Position numbers and translations under genes: made by a program. This document shows positions 62,585-64,000 of a stretch of DNA of 64,000 bases, piece by piece. The notes under the pieces are model-generated. The model did not search any database and was not told the DNA's origin. It saw only the letters and a list, made by a program, of their open reading frames with translations. Origin of the DNA: Phoronis australis (lineage: Eukaryota > Animalia > Phoronida); assembly GCA_002633005.1 (NCBI GenBank), contig NMRA01000056.1:71165-135164 (forward strand), written 5' to 3'. Numbering within the stretch: the stretch's first letter is position 1; each line of letters begins with the position of its first letter.

Positions 62585-64000
62585 CAGTGGCGGATCTACG
62601 GGGGGGGGGTTCAGGGGGTTTAAACCCCCCCTCGGGCCAGGACCCAAAAATTAAAAAAAACAAAAGCGTCTCCAGCAAACCAAAAACGGCACCGCCAGCG
62701 TGTGTAAACCCCAAGTAAACCAACTTGGAAAAAATTGAGAGGGGGGGTTCACTCTGAAAATATAGTTTTTTGCATTGTGAATTGCTGAGTCTTTGTGGCT
62801 CATCGGCAAAACGCGTGGGGATTTATTGTGCGCGCGCTTCCGTCGAGACTTCTGAAGTAGCCAAGCATTTTACATGGATCCACTGCCGAAAGAGCAGTTC
62901 TATAGCTGATTTCTTTAGGTAACTAGCTTCTTTACTCTAAGATATATTTTGATTTGATTAGGGGAAATACTGTAGTGCCGCAACCCTGATATTCAGGCGA
63001 ATTGACGTGCAGCGTTTTTACTTCGTCTGTCATGCCGTGTCATTCTATTACACTCAACACGTTTGTAACTGGTGTATAGTAAAGTTGTTTTGTGCAATAT
63101 CATACAGTGTACATGTACATGTAATATTGTGTACATGTACATGTAATATTTTTGAAAAAAAATCTTTTTCCGAAGAATTGCTATTGTGGCGGGCGCCGTG
63201 GTCTGGTCGCGAGTCCGTTATGTCTATACAAGGAATGACCAAGGGGGCACTCACATTGAGAAAGTGACCGCATTCGCGAAAAGTATACAGTACCAGAAAT
63301 TGCGGGGAGGCTGTTCTTTCACAACAAAGTCTTGCGGGACTCGTGCGATGTTCAATAGGCCTCCTAAGGAGCCCTAGTTCCGACCTCAACACCTACCGTC
63401 TGTCTACCTGCAATAAGCACACTGCCGTCTTCTATACTGGGAATTTCCGCAGAAAGGCTCACCCGATGAAACGCTCATGCCCATGGGCATTTATTTGATA
63501 TTAGTACTTCGGGTTTCAAGCTTTCAGACATTGGGACGTTTATTTCAAAAATTGCAAGAGATATGCAAATAGGTCCTGGGATTCTTCGTCAAGGTTTGAA
63601 GTAGTCCATGGTGAACGAATCAAATTTAGTTGCGCATGTAAGTCTTTTGAATGGACTTGGCAACCTCAAGGGTCTCAGTGTCAAATGAGCTGCGAAACGA
63701 GATGCTGACATTATAGAGGCTTACAAGCTCATTGACACAGCAGTTGACGAAGTGCAAGCGTTGGGAACAAACATCGAAGATATCTGGGTAGAATGGTTCC
63801 AAGACGAGCAAATCATTGGATCCGATATACAAATTCCTCGGCAGTCTAGACAACAGAAGGATAGGACTAACGTATGAGTAACCACTGGGGATTAAAATTT
63901 TAGAGAGAAGTTTTCAATTCAAAATTTTTTGCATAGTACACTTTAGGTCTCGCGACGGACCAGGCCAGCTTGATTTGTGTAGATGTTGAGTTTCAGTGTA
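62585..64000 (+). mobile_element. Decayed hAT (Tip100-like) transposon: left terminus plus transposase remnant, probably continuing past the window
   Basis: Terminus CAGTGGCGGATCTACGGGGGGGGGTTCAGGGGG; transposase remnant at 63638-63877; no right TIR within the window. Confidence 0.7.
63638..63877 (+). pseudogene. hAT transposase fragment (THAP12/ZMYM1-like hAT family)
   Basis: 'LKGLSVK*AAKRDADIIEAYKLIDTAVDEVQ..NIEDIWVEWF..IQIPRQSRQQKDRTN' matches the hAT pattern 'LS..LQ...D...A...I...PR...RQ..R.N'; one in-frame TGA. Confidence 0.75.

Noticed and set aside
1-64000. CRISPR array or prokaryotic defence/operon system
   Set aside because: No regularly spaced identical repeats with unique spacers and no dense prokaryotic gene organisation; the repeats are TIR elements, microsatellites or duplications.

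Overview
This is AT-rich eukaryotic DNA, probably from a marine invertebrate (inferred from GT-AG introns, low gene density, Kolobok/hAT/Harbinger/RTE-X-like repeats and TACATG-type simple repeats). No prokaryotic operon, CRISPR array or rRNA is visible. Supported genes: (1) the first coding exon of a type-2 malate/L-lactate dehydrogenase (Ldh_2/YjmC-like) gene on the minus strand at 515-755, continuing off the left edge; (2) an ankyrin-repeat gene (ANKRD63/ANKRD34-like) with a single-exon CDS at 9469-10695; (3) two short ATG-initiated plus-strand candidate exons (32617-32771 and 59119-59291). Both candidate exons end at strong phase-2 donors and look like alternative first exons of a large multi-promoter gene whose body lies beyond the right edge. 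The rest is mostly intergenic or intronic, with many DNA-transposon derivatives, a LINE 3' remnant, a perfect 200-bp inverted repeat, and an 882-bp duplication straddling an N that is probably a haplotype assembly artefact. I found no compelling novel biological system; the best leads are the paired phase-2 exons, the perfect palindrome and a composite TTAA-flanked element carrying piggyBac-like sequence. All family assignments come from motif recognition by eye, with no database searches.
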